64,000 nt of DNA from Negaprion brevirostris. Lineage: Eukaryota. Shown here piece by piece: positions 39,088 through 52,122 of the stretch (the first letter of the stretch is position 1; each line of letters opens with the position of its first letter). A model generated the notes under the pieces. That model had not been told where the DNA came from and did no database searches. It was given only the letters and a program-made list of their open reading frames with translations. A program made the translations under genes and the position numbers. Where the stretch lies: the NCBI GenBank assembly GCA_030324005.1, contig JARDVH010000106.1, positions 43,607,112 through 43,671,111 of the forward strand. The letters are read 5' to 3'.

Positions 39088-41009
39088 GTTCAGGTGCAAT
39101 AAGCATTGGATGTATTGATGTTTGTGCCTGATTCTCGTGTCTACAATAATATCAAGAAGGACTTTAAATTAGGAACAGATCCCCTAAAATTGTATTTGGT
39201 GTACCTGGTTTGCACTTTTGAAATAGCGGATAAAACATTCCTAAATAGCTTATCAAATATTTTCCAGTATTTTGTTGGAACCTGAAATTATGCCATATGA
39301 TATTATATGCAAAGGCTTTTCTCAGAAATTTCTCTCTTCACTGCTCTAACAAGAGGCATCCATTTCAAATGTGTTAATATTTTGCTAATATAGCAGAGAA
39401 AATTAGACTATTAAACATTTATAGAGTAATGTTTCATGCTGGGACTTCAAGGCGTTGAAGTTAATAAACTGTCTGAAAAATTCTCACTGGATTGGCTGAG
39501 ACAGGAATATGCACTTAGGAAAAGATATTTTTGTAGAACAGCTATTCCTTAACTATTGTGTCATCTATATGATAATGCAACATTATTTTGTACATAATTT
39601 GATCAAATAGTATGGGCATTCCAGAAAACTGAACCCATGTAAAATACGAAACAAGTTGGTTTTCAAGAGTCATATTATACGTGCGTCATATTGACCTAGT
39701 TTGTCTTTATTGTATTTCTTGTGGCCAATGTATGTTACAGAACTGCTCTCTGAAATTGTTCTCCTGTGCTGGATCCATGCCCTGCTGCTGTGGGAATCAC
39801 TTATTTATATTTCATGTAGACTTTATAATAGCTGAGGTGGAAGAGATGGCTCACAAAATATGCACAGTCGTCCCACTACTGGTGTTGGTTTCTGGTTTCT
39901 CTAATTCCTTTTCCAATGGTTGAGAGAAATCCACTCTAGGCCTTGGCAAATCTGTTTTGAGGAGAATAAACACTTTCGCATCTCAGATCTATATGACTAC
40001 TTGTATGCAATAACATTGCTGTATATAGATCAGAAATTTACTGTAAATAACAGTAATGTTATTGATGGTATTTTCCTGGTATAAATGTAGTATCTCATTT
40101 CAAAGCATGAAACAAATACATGCCTATGTAATTTATCTCCAATATTCTATAGAACAGAAAAGGATGGAGAGCAATGTCATTAGCTTTATTTCTGTCTATA
40201 CTTGGTTACTTTGACTCAATTGCATAATAAAACATGAGTACACCATTTAATGTGTTATGATTGCTGTAGAGGCTGAACTTGTAAAAATATATTTGAACAT
40301 CTGGCAACTGACTGGAAAGATCACACTAAACTTCAAGTCTTAAGACTTTAATAAGCAAGAACTTTTACTTCAAACTGCAAAATAGAGCCCATGTATGACT
40401 TTTAACATGATGGACAATGCTTTGTGAACTCTGTCCTTTTGAGTAGGCAGTTGATTCTTCTGGATCCAGTCCAAAGGTATTCTTTGGCCTACTTCATTTT
40501 GCCTTTCCCAGCCAGGTAATCCCAGGACTGATTTTCGTGGTATGGGTTACCCTGAAAATTTTTCCTTTTAGCCAAAGCTAGGCGTATCTTTCAACCTTGC
40601 TTCTTCAATCTGTACAAGTTCCCACCCACCTATTTTCCATGTGGTGAATAATAAAGACATAATTCTCTCTGTTTCAGATCATGCAGGACTGGCTGTCTCA
40701 ATCTATAGTGTCTCTGTGTCTCCATTCCCTTCCCTCCCCAACTCCTCAGATTCTTGCATAGTCCCTTGTCTCTGAATTTTGGGGATATTTTAGAAAGACA
40801 CTGTTATCCAACACATTTCTGTAGACCCTTCCTGCCTCAAAGCCCATCTCCATGGCAACATTAATCACGTGGGCCTTGTAACAAGGTAGAAATTATAATT
40901 ACTCTGGATACCTCTGCGCCATTCTATCTTGGAATTAAATGGACAGTTAAAAGCGTAACCATTTACGTGTCTTGACTTTTGACTATGGCATCAATCTGAT
41001 TAGATGTAT

Positions 41010-42870
41010 GCCTCTTCTGTGTTGAACATTCTGTTGTGGCTATGAGGTCAATTCTTGAGTGGCGGTCCCTTCCATTTCTGGCACAAATGAATAGCACTGT
41101 ACTGAGGTCAACTGATTCTTTTTTCTATCTGGGATTTCTTTTCCACCACCTGGGCAATTCTTTGGTCCCCTGCTTTTTCTCATGCTCTTCCTGACTGCTT
41201 GTCTCTAAGTACGGAAGTCTGAGCTTCCCATGCTATATTCCCAATCCAGTCAGTTTGAAGTCATAGTTGCAGAAATCCTGGTTTTGCAGATATGGCCAAT
41301 CTAACCTGTTGGTTTTGTTCCAATAGCAAGTTCTCCATACAGCATGTCTTTGGGAATGTAGCCATCAGACATTTGACTCTCATGACCCAGCCAACAGAAT
41401 CAGTGCTGATTTGAGAGGAAAAACAAGGTGGAGATCTTTGCATGCCAATATACTTTCATATTTGGCAGTCTGTCTTGCCTGGGACTGCTATTGTGCCTGA
41501 GGCAGCAGAGGTGGAAGCTGTTCAGCCTCATTTCCTGCGTGCGTTATATTTGTTTCATGACTGTAAAAGCGGGAGCTGAGAACACAACCCCTGGTACACA
41601 CAAGGAGCATTGAATTTTTCTTTGGTTTGCTGTTGGTCATCATTTGGCTTCTCAACTTTTGACACATGGCTACAGCCTTGGCAATCATGATGCTGATTTC
41701 AACATCAAGGGAGTGGTTGCTGGTAATTGTTGATCCAAGATTTGTGAAGCTGTCAACGAGTTGCAAAGTGAGATTGTCAGTCGATTGATTGCCTGTTGAC
41801 TGCACTTTTCCTGTAACTGTCAAATTGAGAAAATTGTGTCAACTATGGATCTGCCAGCTTTGAAGATGCACTGTGACCCTGGGTAGATGCGTGATGGCAA
41901 GATCTGCAATCTAGTCTGAGTAATGTAAGCAATGACATTGTCAACAATACTTAACAAGGACATGCTTCTGTCACTGCAATCCCCTGTTTTTGTACAGGTT
42001 GACTATTTCTTCATCTTGAGATACAGGGCTTTCCTTTGAGCAGAGATGCATAAGTCCACAGAGAGTGCAGCAGTGTTTTTGATTATTATTGCAGAGTTTC
42101 AACAAGTATTGATTGGCACAATGCCGAGCAGTCTATTGAGACTTGATTCAGGCATCTGAGAGCATCTAGTTTTTGTTTGCTGGATCTTGTTTGCAGTTCA
42201 TAAGGGCTCTCCTCTTAGTTTTAATAACTGGTTCACATGCCTCTGATTTCTTTTCCCATATGCAGTGATTCCAGAGTTAGCGATGGGGTTGTATAGTTTA
42301 TCCCACTTTAGCACTGCGTTCTGCCTTGAATGTTATTTGGAGGAACCTATTTGAGGATATTGGATTCTTTCTGGGTCAGTGCTGAAGCAAGTGTTGATCT
42401 GAGGATGACCTTGGAGTGGTATAGTTTCCCTGGCTGAAGCCAGACTTTGCCACACACTGGGAAATGGTCAGTGTTACTGTCAGTGCTGTGATAGCTATAA
42501 GTGATGAGAACGCCTTTTTTGAGGGTGGTCCATCTGGTGGTGATAAAGTCTAGCTGATGCCAGTGGCATGATCTCAGATGCCTCCAGGACAACTTGTGGC
42601 ACAGATTGATTTGAAAGTAGCTGTTCCTCACACTGAAACTATGGTCACAGCATAACACCAGCAACCTCTGTCCGCTTTCATTTGCCTTCTCAATTCCTTT
42701 CTTTACCTGTTGGCCAAGTTGTGTAGTTGATGCCCACCTTTGCACTGAAGTTCCCTAGAAGGTACAGTCCCTTGGTCCTGGGAATTTTACTGATGGCAAT
42801 GTCAAGTGTCTCCTTTAATTGACCCCTGATATCTATGGTGGAGGTGAGTGTTAGGGCACAGATGCATAGG
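41010..42870 (-). mobile_element. RTE-clade LINE remnant (APE endonuclease plus RT C-terminus, RT core largely deleted)
   Basis: NESGQRLLVLC...SWRHLRSCHWHQLDFI...DSNTDH (endonuclease) and LQLVDSFTNLGSTITSNHSLDVEISIMIAKA (post-RT region). Confidence 0.85.
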
Positions 42871-43525
42871 NNNNNNNNNNNNNNNNNNNNNNNNNNNNNN
42901 NNNNNNNNNNNNNNNNNNNNNNNNNNNNNNNNNNNNNNNNNNNNNNNNNNNNNNNNNNNNNNNNNNNNNNGATGTAGTAACAGTCTGCCAAATCCAGCAA
43001 CTCACCACAACGCCTTCAAAATCGCTTCAAATTACTTTCAGAATCCTTGCAACATCTTAATTTAATCTAACTTACATTATCTGCAAGCTGGATGCCTGGC
43101 CCTTTAAGTAATGTTAGTGACACGTCCCTCTTGTATCTCTGAATCTTCTTTGGGTGATAAGTGAATGCATTGAATGGACTTGCATAGCTCTTGTATGTAA
43201 TGCATCAGATCAGCTGAACAGCTGTTTGACTTCACAATCTGGGAGGTTTCTGGTGCCCATCTTACTGTGTGCCCTTCCCAGCATAGTCTGCAGTGGAAGC
43301 ACTGTGCATCACAATCAGAGGGTCTTTAACATCTGGAGCACTGGCCACAATGGCATATTAGAGCTGAAAATATTTCAGCCAGTAATTCCTATCTGACAAG
43401 TTGATTGCCGATTATTCATAAAGTAGCCATACAGAAAATGAGAGAAGTCCAGAGTCAACAAAACTCAGTGAAATTCAGATCCAAAGCTCGACTGTAAAAG
43501 AATCAGTCCTCATTTCAATTTTGAT

Positions 43526-43856
43526 CATAGAATCTCTGCAGTGCAGAAGGAGGCCAGTTGGCCCATTGAGTCTACACTGACTCTTACCCAGATTTACTCC
43601 ATAATCCCATGTATTTACCCCACTAATCCCTCTAATCTATACTTCTTGGGACACCTAAGGGGCAATTTAGTGTCATCAATCCACCTAACTGCACATTTTT
43701 GGACTGTGGGAGGAAACTGGAATACCTGGGCAACACCCACTCAGACATGGAGAGAACATGCAAATTCCATACAGACAATCACCCAAAGCTGGAATCGAAC
43801 CTAGGTCCATGGTGCTGTGAGGCAGCAGTGCTAACCATAGTGCCATTGTGCCATCC
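43526..43856 (-). mobile_element. V-SINE (HE1-like)
   Basis: Reverse complement of the V-SINE copies (ggactgtgggaggaaactgga; gtgctaaccatagtgcc). Confidence 0.9.
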
Positions 43857-43914
43857 TGTTTGTTTCCAGGTTTTATGATCTTCATCCTCATCTGTGTTTT
43901 GAGCTGTACTTTTT

Positions 43915-44085
43915 TAATGAATTCATTCAAGCAATGTGTGACTCTCACAGGCTTGGTCAACATTTATTGCCCATCCCTAATTGCCCTTGAAAAGGTGGTG
44001 ATGTATTGCTGCAGTCCATGTGGTGTAGCTACACCTGCAGTGTCATTTAAGGAGGGAGTTCCAGGATTTTATCCCAAAGAGACTA
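43915..44085 (-). mobile_element. 3' end of the LINE sharing its tail with the second SINE family
   Basis: catttattgcccatccctaattgcccttgaaaaggtggtg...gagggagttccaggatttt; the minus strand gives KSWNSL-type ORF2 residues. Confidence 0.65.
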
Positions 44086-44232
44086 AGGGATTTGCCATAA
44101 AATCTTATAGGAAACAGGTAGAACACAATATACCCCATTCCTGTAAAATTGGTGGTAGATACCAATAATTGCTATAGTGAATTCCAAACAGCTAATCCAT
44201 GGCTTTGGACTTTGGAATCCCAATGAGATGGA

Positions 44233-44410
44233 TGGGATTTTCTGACCACCTTGTGGCGTTTTTTCCAGTGGCAGAGGCAGCTTGCGTTTGCCACCAGCAG
44301 GATCTTCTGGTAATGCCTACAGCATTTTGTGTTGCTCACCAGCTATGCTGGTGGCAGGGTGCAGGTCACCTTTGGCATGACTGCAAGATCCCACCGGTGG
44401 GAATGGCAGC
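44233..44410. mobile_element. Short Harbinger-type MITE
   Basis: Starts tgggattttctg with an internal inverted pair caggatcttctgg / caagatcccacc; related to 53410-53597. Confidence 0.4.
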
Positions 44411-45008
44411 AATGCTCTGCTCGATTTTGTATAAATGTACCTCCCTCGGAACAAAAAATAAAGCTGCTTCAAAAAGCATAATTTAGTTACTGAGCAGGCT
44501 GACACAAAAACAAAACTCTCAAATTTTTGATAGCATAAAGAATTTTTTTTTAAAGCCATTAGTCTTAATGCCATTGTAGTTGCTTCAAGATGTATGTGAG
44601 ACAATGATGGAGATTGATCTTCATTAGACGTGAAATGAATGCCANNNNNNNNNNACACATGCACTCTTGAATAGACTGCGAATATCACAACACTGTGATC
44701 AGCGTTCTACATTCTCCCCACATCCCAGGATGCAGTGTTGATTTATCTACCTTGGATAAATGAAAGGATGACTGAATTCTTCTGGAATTCGAAATCCAAG
44801 ATTTTCACATCCTAATCATGATCCACAAGTACCTGAACTATCTAACCTCTGAAATGTTTGTGACCTCACCTGCCATTGTTTGTGAGAATGGAGTGACGTT
44901 CGCTTTTTTTCCTACCATCAGATGTGCTACAAGAATTAAAGTACTAAATGGCTATTTTGATTTTTTTTTTGGATGACATATTTCTGCCTCATAACAGAAA
45001 ACAACTCT

Positions 45009-45222
45009 GAGCTTTCAGAGCACTGCTCCTTCATCAGATGAGTGTAAGGGATGGTGTAGGAGGATATCCGATCAGAAACATTTGGGATCAAGACTTGCCC
45101 ACCTGATGAAAGAGCAGTGCTTCGAAAGCTCACGATTCTAAATAAACTTGTTGGATTTTCACCTGGTGTTGTGGGACTTCTTACTATGCTCACCCCAGTC
45201 CAATACCAGCATCTCCACATCA
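45009..45222. mobile_element. Penelope-like mini-element (family B) with inverted hammerhead motifs
   Basis: Minus-strand core at 45010-45041, plus-strand core CTGATGA at 45103-45109, and a tail ending ccagcatctccacatca. Confidence 0.75.
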
Positions 45223-46269
45223 CTAGTACAGACATGATCACTCCGCTTTTACCGATATTCAGCACTAAACTACCAAGAGATTAGGTTCATTGTTGCTTAT
45301 AAACCACTTGATGTATGTACTCGTTACTATGAAGCTTGACCACTGCCTTGTACTATTCATGCAAATCCCCCAAAACACGCCATACACCAGCACACAGTAC
45401 TTAATGAACAACTGAGTATCAGATGCATACCCATCTCTAAATCACCAGGAGTTGAGCATTTATAACTTACTGCTGCTGGGTAACAGAGATGCAACCTTGA
45501 ACATTGCAATCTCTCAAAATACTACTGAGGAGTGGTATAGATTGGCATGCCATGTCCAGGGAGGGTGTGGGAAAAGGCGTAAGCAGCCAAAAAACCTGGT
45601 AAGGCTGAGGCCCTCCATAGCAGGGCATCAATATTAGGTTTTTTTTGGTTCTATTTCTGACTGGCTGCCAGATATTATTGGGCTATCAATTTTATTCCTA
45701 AGAATGGAGCAGGGCCTGAAGGCCACAGACTTCAGCAATCATGGTAGATGTGAGGGAAGGTTTGGGATGATGTAGGGGGATATCTGATCCAAAACAAGTG
45801 GGATCAAGCCTTCCTTAAGGAACTCGAGTGCTCCTGCCAATCCTGACCCACTGGAAAAATTTGAAAAGGCACTTATTTCATGGAGCAGGCAGCTCCCCCC
45901 TCCCTTTCTCCACAGGTTTTCCTGAGCCCTGGAAATTCCACAATTTTAAATGGACCCCCACATGCAACGTGGAAGCGCAATTTAAATATCTTAATGAAGT
46001 GACCCACCTCTTCTTGTTGTGACACTTGGGCACCCTAATCTCTGCTGCTGTTTTAAAAAAAAAAGCATCTGAATGGGGCCGCATTCAAATATACAATATT
46101 CTTCTTCTAGTATTCCAATTGCAAGATCACTTCCAGGCCAGAAAATTACTCATTCTGATGTACAGTTGGAGAGGCTATACGTGTAATTGACCTGAACAAT
46201 GTCTCCCACCTATGCGTCAGTGATGTGCTAAACCACTTGTCTGAGATTACCAGCCTGTCTGCTCAGCTG

Positions 46270-46752
46270 ACGACACAAATTCAGCACTGAAGGAGTGCTG
46301 CATTATTAAAGGCACTCTCTCTAACCAAGTCCTGAACCAAGACTCTACTTGCCTAATAGAATCCATACAATGCAGAAGGAAGCCATTCAATATATTGAGC
46401 CTGCACCAACAATGATCCCACCCAGGCCCTATCCTCGCAAACCCATATATTTACTCTGCTAATACCCCTGACATTAAGGGGCAATTTTGCATGGCCAATC
46501 AACCTAACCTGCACTTTCTTAGACTGTGGGAGGAAATTGGAGCACCCAGAGGAAACCCACGCAGACGCTGAGAGAACAATCAAACTCCAAGCAGTGACCC
46601 GAGGCTGGGATTGTACCCAGGTGAGGCAGTAGTACTAACCACCATGCTGCCCTTATTCAAATAAGCAAAACAGATCCTATCTGAAGAGGATGAGAGTTTT
46701 CCATAATCTGGGCTCACGTTCATCTCTCGACTAATGCCATAAAAAATTGATT
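46270..46752 (+). mobile_element. Deu-domain SINE split by a V-SINE insertion
   Basis: cagcactgaaggagtgctgcatt...aaccaagactctacttgcc resumes after 46652 as ...cagatcctatctgaagagg...ctgggctcacgttcatctctc. Confidence 0.55.
46356..46652 (-). mobile_element. V-SINE (HE1-like)
   Basis: ggagcacccagaggaaacccacgcagac is the reverse V-domain; tail atagaatccatacaatgcagaagg. Confidence 0.9.
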
Positions 46753-46856
46753 AACAAGAATAAGTTGAATTATTTAGCGTGCTTAAAATACAGGAGGTTC
46801 TTGACAGAAGTGCACTTGGACCAAGATTAACACCGAGTCAAAGAAGGAAAGACATG

Positions 46857-47125
46857 TATGTTGCATTTATATAGCACCTTTCAGACCTCAGTTTGTCTCA
46901 ATGCATTCTCAAACTGAAGAAGAAATTATGTATTGCTGTTGTTGTACTGCAGGAAGTCTGGCAGCCAGTTTGTGCACAGCAAGCTCCTACAAATAGCAGT
47001 GTGATGATCACCATTATAGACAATTTTTATAATGTTTGGCTAAATATTGGGCAGGGCAGCTGGGATAATTTCCCTGCTCTATTTCAGAATAATGCTGTGC
47101 ACTTGTTTATGCCTCCCTGACAGGA
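46857..47125 (-). mobile_element. Deu-domain SINE, 3' part
   Basis: ttgcatttatatagcacctttc tail and ggcagccagtttgtgcacagcaagctcctacaaatagca. Confidence 0.75.
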
Positions 47126-47139
47126 CTGACTATTTTTAT

Positions 47140-47510
47140 ATTCTATTCCTTTACCAATAAATTCCAAAATTTCATTTGCCTTCCTTATTACCTGCTGTCC
47201 TTGCATACTAGTTTCGTGATTCATGCACGAGGACCCCTTCTGTACCAAAACACAAGTTTTTCTCTATTTAGAAAATTTGCCTTTGTATTTTTCCAGCCAA
47301 AGTGGATAAACTTCTCACCTGTCTATGTTAAAACTCCATCTGCCAAATTTTGCTCCATTCACTTGACATATCCATATCCATTTGTAAATTTTTTAATTTC
47401 ATTATCGCAACATACCATCTCACCTATTTGTGTCATCTGCAAATTTGGCTATGGTACCTAGTATCCGTACAGTACCCAAGCACTGAACCCTGTTTTACCC
47501 CACTAGTTAT
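47140..47510 (-). mobile_element. Decayed CR1 fragment
   Basis: catttgccttccttattacctgctg, ccaaagtggataa and tgtgtcatctgcaaatttgg (the minus strand reads KFADDT). Confidence 0.7.
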
Positions 47511-50500
47511 ATATAACCTTCGCAACTATAATACACCAAAGTGTTAAATGGCTGCATACCTTTAAATCCCAGCAACTGCTCTCTCAGGGCTGCCAACATG
47601 TTGTACATTCATGTACTCCAGTTTCAGCAAGCCCTAAATGTGAGGCCTAATCCACAAATTCATCTTGAATATTAAATGAAGATGCAGCAAGTCTCCCATT
47701 TCCATAATGTGACTGTACAAACACTCACCCTTGCATTTATCCCACAGCCTCAATAAGCAGAAAATGTACTCGTATGTGGTGCCTTGGAGAAAGTGTTCCA
47801 AATTATTTTCTGTAAAGTTTAACTAATATTAATGAACCTGTCAAGTAAGGAATATTAAAATTCTTTATTTGGAATGGAGAATTATTTGTTTATAAACCCA
47901 AGTTGATGAGAATCTATGTTGCAATTGTTTTTGGGAGAGATGAAGAAGGAAATAAAGTGGTTTATTCAAGAACTTTAAATATTATTGACGAGGGATTGGA
48001 TTGTTTCATTTTTAAGAATAAGATTTGTATGGGAAATAAGATGAAATGATCATGGTCTGATTCTTCAGATGTATTGGGCACATACCAGAAATAAACTTTT
48101 AGACATACTAATATTCTGGAATGGTAACCTTACATCATGCCAAAAAATAAGTACATTGTATCTGGCTCCTCTGTAAGAAACTACAGGCTGTCACATCCAG
48201 ACTGCAAGGCATCATATTCATAAGCTGGAGGATCCCTTTCGAATGTTCAGAGGAATTGCTCAGAGGCACAGTCTTTCCCAGGGTAATTGCCCTGTGCAGA
48301 GAACAATCCAAAAATGATATTTNNNNNNNNNNNNNNNNNNNNNNNNNNNNNNNNNNNNNNNNNNNNNNNNNNNNNNNNNNNNNNNNNNNNNNNNNNNNNN
48401 NNNNNNNNNNNNNNNNNNNNNNNNNNNNNNNNNNNNNNNNNNNNNNNNNNNNNNNNNNNNNNNNNNNNNNNNNNNNNNNNNNNNNNNNNNNNNNNNNNNN
48501 NNNNNNNNNNNNNNNNNNNNNNNNNNNNNNNNNNNNNNNNNNNNNNNNNNNNNNNNNNNNNNNNNNNNNNNNNNNNNNNNNNNNNNNNNNNNNNNNNNNN
48601 NNNNNNNNNNNNNNNNNNNNNNNNNNNNNNNNNNNNNNNNNNNNNNNNNNNNNNNNNNNNNNNNAAGGTCTGACCTGACTGCAGACTACCCCCAACCACC
48701 ACCACCTCCCCAGCCACCCCTCAGAATCCACATCCCCAAATCCCACCCACTTATGTTCTCCCTGACCTGTTGAGGACTTTTGAACTTGGCTGGATCTTTA
48801 AATGTCCTTGTTTAATGGCAGCTGGTGACATAGAAAAGGAGGCATGGCCTCCTTGCCTTCGACAGTTATACAAGATGCTTGGCCCTTGGGACATGCTGTG
48901 CTGCCCAGATCTCATCAGGACTGTATTAGAAGGTTGGACCACACAGGATGGAAAAATAATTCCAGTTGCGAAAAGTAGAAGTGGAGTGGCAATTTGACAG
49001 ATTTCCATTCCAAGGAAGCTCTGGCCTGATATTTATCACCACCTCCATACCAAATATGCTATAGTATTCTAATAAAATTGCATTACAAGCCAGTATTTTT
49101 AAAAGGATGTTGTGAATGACAAATTCTATCTGGTTATCATTATCCAGGTCCTGCGTGATCAATACGGCATAATATCCCAATGGGTAGCTGCTTGCTAGAC
49201 TAGTTGTACTAATATAGCTTATTATTAATCAAACTAAATGGCCAAACTAATTAAAGTACAGATATATGAAACATAATAAAATTTTATAGTGACAGATTAA
49301 AGGATCTCAGCAATTTACTGCCTGTCATTTTTTCCCCAGGTTTTACTTACTCTTGCAGGCCTTCTCAAGTCGGAAATAGGTTTTTCTAACATTTCTGTTG
49401 TGATTGGTTGCCTAGTGTTGCAGTTCCTGTTGAACACCATTTATGTAATCTATCTCTCTACCACCTCTTGCGCTGAGGTTTGCTGAAAAAATAATTAATC
49501 CTCACATGCTTTGCTGTTGAACAAATTCCCCTTAGATTAAATTCTGCACAAAATATGTATGCAGTCTAATTTCAGTGATCTCATTCTTGATACATTAGCA
49601 AACAGGGAGTTAGTAGTGAGTACATTGCTACACACCTTTTTAGTTGGAGATATTTAAGCCCTGAAGGACTATTAAAATGCTGTATATGGCCATGGAGCGC
49701 TTGATTCCATCATTTGATGTCAGGAAGACTCTTTTTGCAGTAATTAGCATACTGCCTCAAAACATTTGGATTGCAGAGGTTCCTGCATCACTTCTGGCAA
49801 AGAAACTTTATTTCAACCACACAAGAATACCACCTGCTGCATCAGCTATTCTCATTAACAGTGTAAAAGTAACCATATGAGCAAGGCGATATCATTGGTG
49901 CCTTGGGATGTTTCATGAGGCAGCTTGCAGTGATTGCAAAACATAGCTTTTTAAAAAAATATAAAATATAATTTTTTTCCCCTCCTCCCCTTCCTCTCTG
50001 CTTCTGCTAACTCCTTGCTCATGTATGGCACATAAACATCAGTTGCATCCTTCACTCTAGTCACTATTATTTGTGACTGACCATTGACAAGGAAAGTGGG
50101 CAGGTTGTTCAACAAAGGGGAATAGAGAGGTCTCAAAAACAAATCTAACAAGCGAAGAGGGCACTAGTAGGACATGTTTTTATGCCACACTGCGTTAACT
50201 CAACATGATTACAATTACATAGCCCTTCCTTGAAGTGTTTCCCTACCTGTTTGATGCTCTGTAACTATTAAGCTGAATAAATACTTTTTATAAAGAGTTT
50301 CCTTGCTAAGGAGGCTTTAGGCCAATCTATGTCTAACAACCATCTCTGAAAACTCTGCTCACGTTTTGAAAGCTGTGACAAATTCTATCANNNNNNNNNN
50401 NNNNNNNNNNNNNNNNNNNNNNNNNNNNNNNNNNNNNNNNNNNNNNNNNNNNNNNNNNNNNNNNNNNNNNNNNNNNNNNNNNNNNNNNNNTTTGAAAGCT

Positions 50501-51597
50501 GTGACAAATTCTATCAGAGACTGAGATAAACCTTACCATTCTAAAATCATCAGTGAAAACCATTCAACAAAAATGTAGAGGGGTGGGCGGGTGGCTTCCC
50601 CTAAGGACTTTCAGGTGGGGGGTGTGTATGTCGTGTCTGCATCCACGTGCGTCTGTGGCCGTGTCCCAATCTCAGCATTTCCAGCCCCGCGCTGCCAGTG
50701 TGAGCCATGCTTGCAGTATTGTTATGCTCAAAGTGCTGCACAAGTGCATCTGGCCTGTTTTCTCACCTCAGCCTCTGTTTTTCTCACTCTGCGCAAACAA
50801 GGGAAAATTCTGCCTGTTATGTGTGGCCAAACCAACTAAAGGGGTGACAACATTACTTCTACCCATCTTCAGTGAGTGGAAGTAATTATCAGGGCCCACT
50901 GTATAGTAATGATTGGCAATTTTGGCTGAGTTTCCTCTCCTTAACCCAAGGGCCCTGGGACCAAAACTAAAATCTGTCACTCTTGCTTATGATACCAATT
51001 TAGCATACACTGTGTGGATCATGTCTGGAAACTTCTTGGTTTATATGGTTCTGCTATTGACTACGTAAATTCATTGAGCACATCAGAGATGGTGCTGACA
51101 GTTCAGTCTGGTCTTGATCACTTTTTGCAAATGTGGGTAGGATGCAAGTACTTTAAATCAAAAAACTCTTCAAAAAATGTAGCATGTGTACTGAGAATTC
51201 TCACAATCTTGTAATAGCACAAAATTACAGGGTAGGGGTTCTGCTTCTGGCGCAATCTGTGTTTTGGCTGAAAACTGCATCTGTTTTGAGAATTTGTTTT
51301 TCTTAATTTATTGCTAGAAATTTGAATATCATCTGACAGAAAATCTGTCGTGAGCCAGCACAGTCACAGTTTTAGAGCGTAGGTTTACAAATATTACTTG
51401 ATATATTGAAGAGTGGTAACCTGTGAAGGTTTAATTAATACAGTTGAAAATGGGTTTAATCACAAAAAGCATTTTGAATAGCCCTTGATTCACCACCTAT
51501 CACTAATATATTTTAAATTGTACAAAATTGCTTTTATTAAAAAAAAAAAATTTGCACCTATTTTCCAGTTAGATTGGGACAGTGTGTTTGGATACAT

Positions 51598-51721
51598 GGG
51601 CTAGAATTTTCCAGCTGTGCTGCATGGCAGGACTGGAAAATGCACCATGCCAACCAAAACTCCATTGACTTTGGCGAGACCAGAAAATCCTGCCAGCATC
51701 GAGGACATTAAAATCCCGCTC
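51598..51721. mobile_element. Short Harbinger-type MITE
   Basis: Imperfect termini gggctagaatttt ... aaaatcccgctc and an internal inverted pair tggcaggac / atcctgcca. Confidence 0.5.
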
Positions 51722-51999
51722 ATTGAAATATTACTTCAATTCATGTCATACAAAATGTACACAGTTGGCAAGATTTTCCGAGTTTTAGGCAGAGCAGCAC
51801 AACAGGTGGGAAAAAGCCATGTGGAAACCAATGGTGAGTTGGACTGGACCTTTTCCTGCTGTGGGTAAAATAGAGGTGGAATGTGGAATGGGACAATTAG
51901 GTGGCCTCCTCAATGGGCCTCGAGCATCAATAGGGCACCTGATACCTCCACTTCAGCCCGTAAAATAGGAGACAGGTCAGAATGGCATTGAAGGAGGTG

Positions 52000-52122
52000 A
52001 TGATGTGGAGATGCTGGCATTGGACTGGGATAAACACAGTAAGAAATCTCTCAACACCAGGTTAATGTCCAACCAGTTTATTTGATAGTAATGCCACAAG
52101 CTTTCGGAAACAATGTATCGTT
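52000..52122 (-). mobile_element. Single-arm Penelope-like family B insertion with a 13-bp TSD
   Basis: ATTGAAGGAGGTG lies at 51987-51999 and 52123-52135. The body is the reverse complement of 45120-45222. Confidence 0.8.

Noticed and set aside
45103-45135. Currently active sense-strand ribozyme cleaving the GAP43 intron
   Set aside because: The boxes are intact, but the stem II closing pair (A-C) and stem I are mismatched, and there is no tandem partner for a dimeric stem III.
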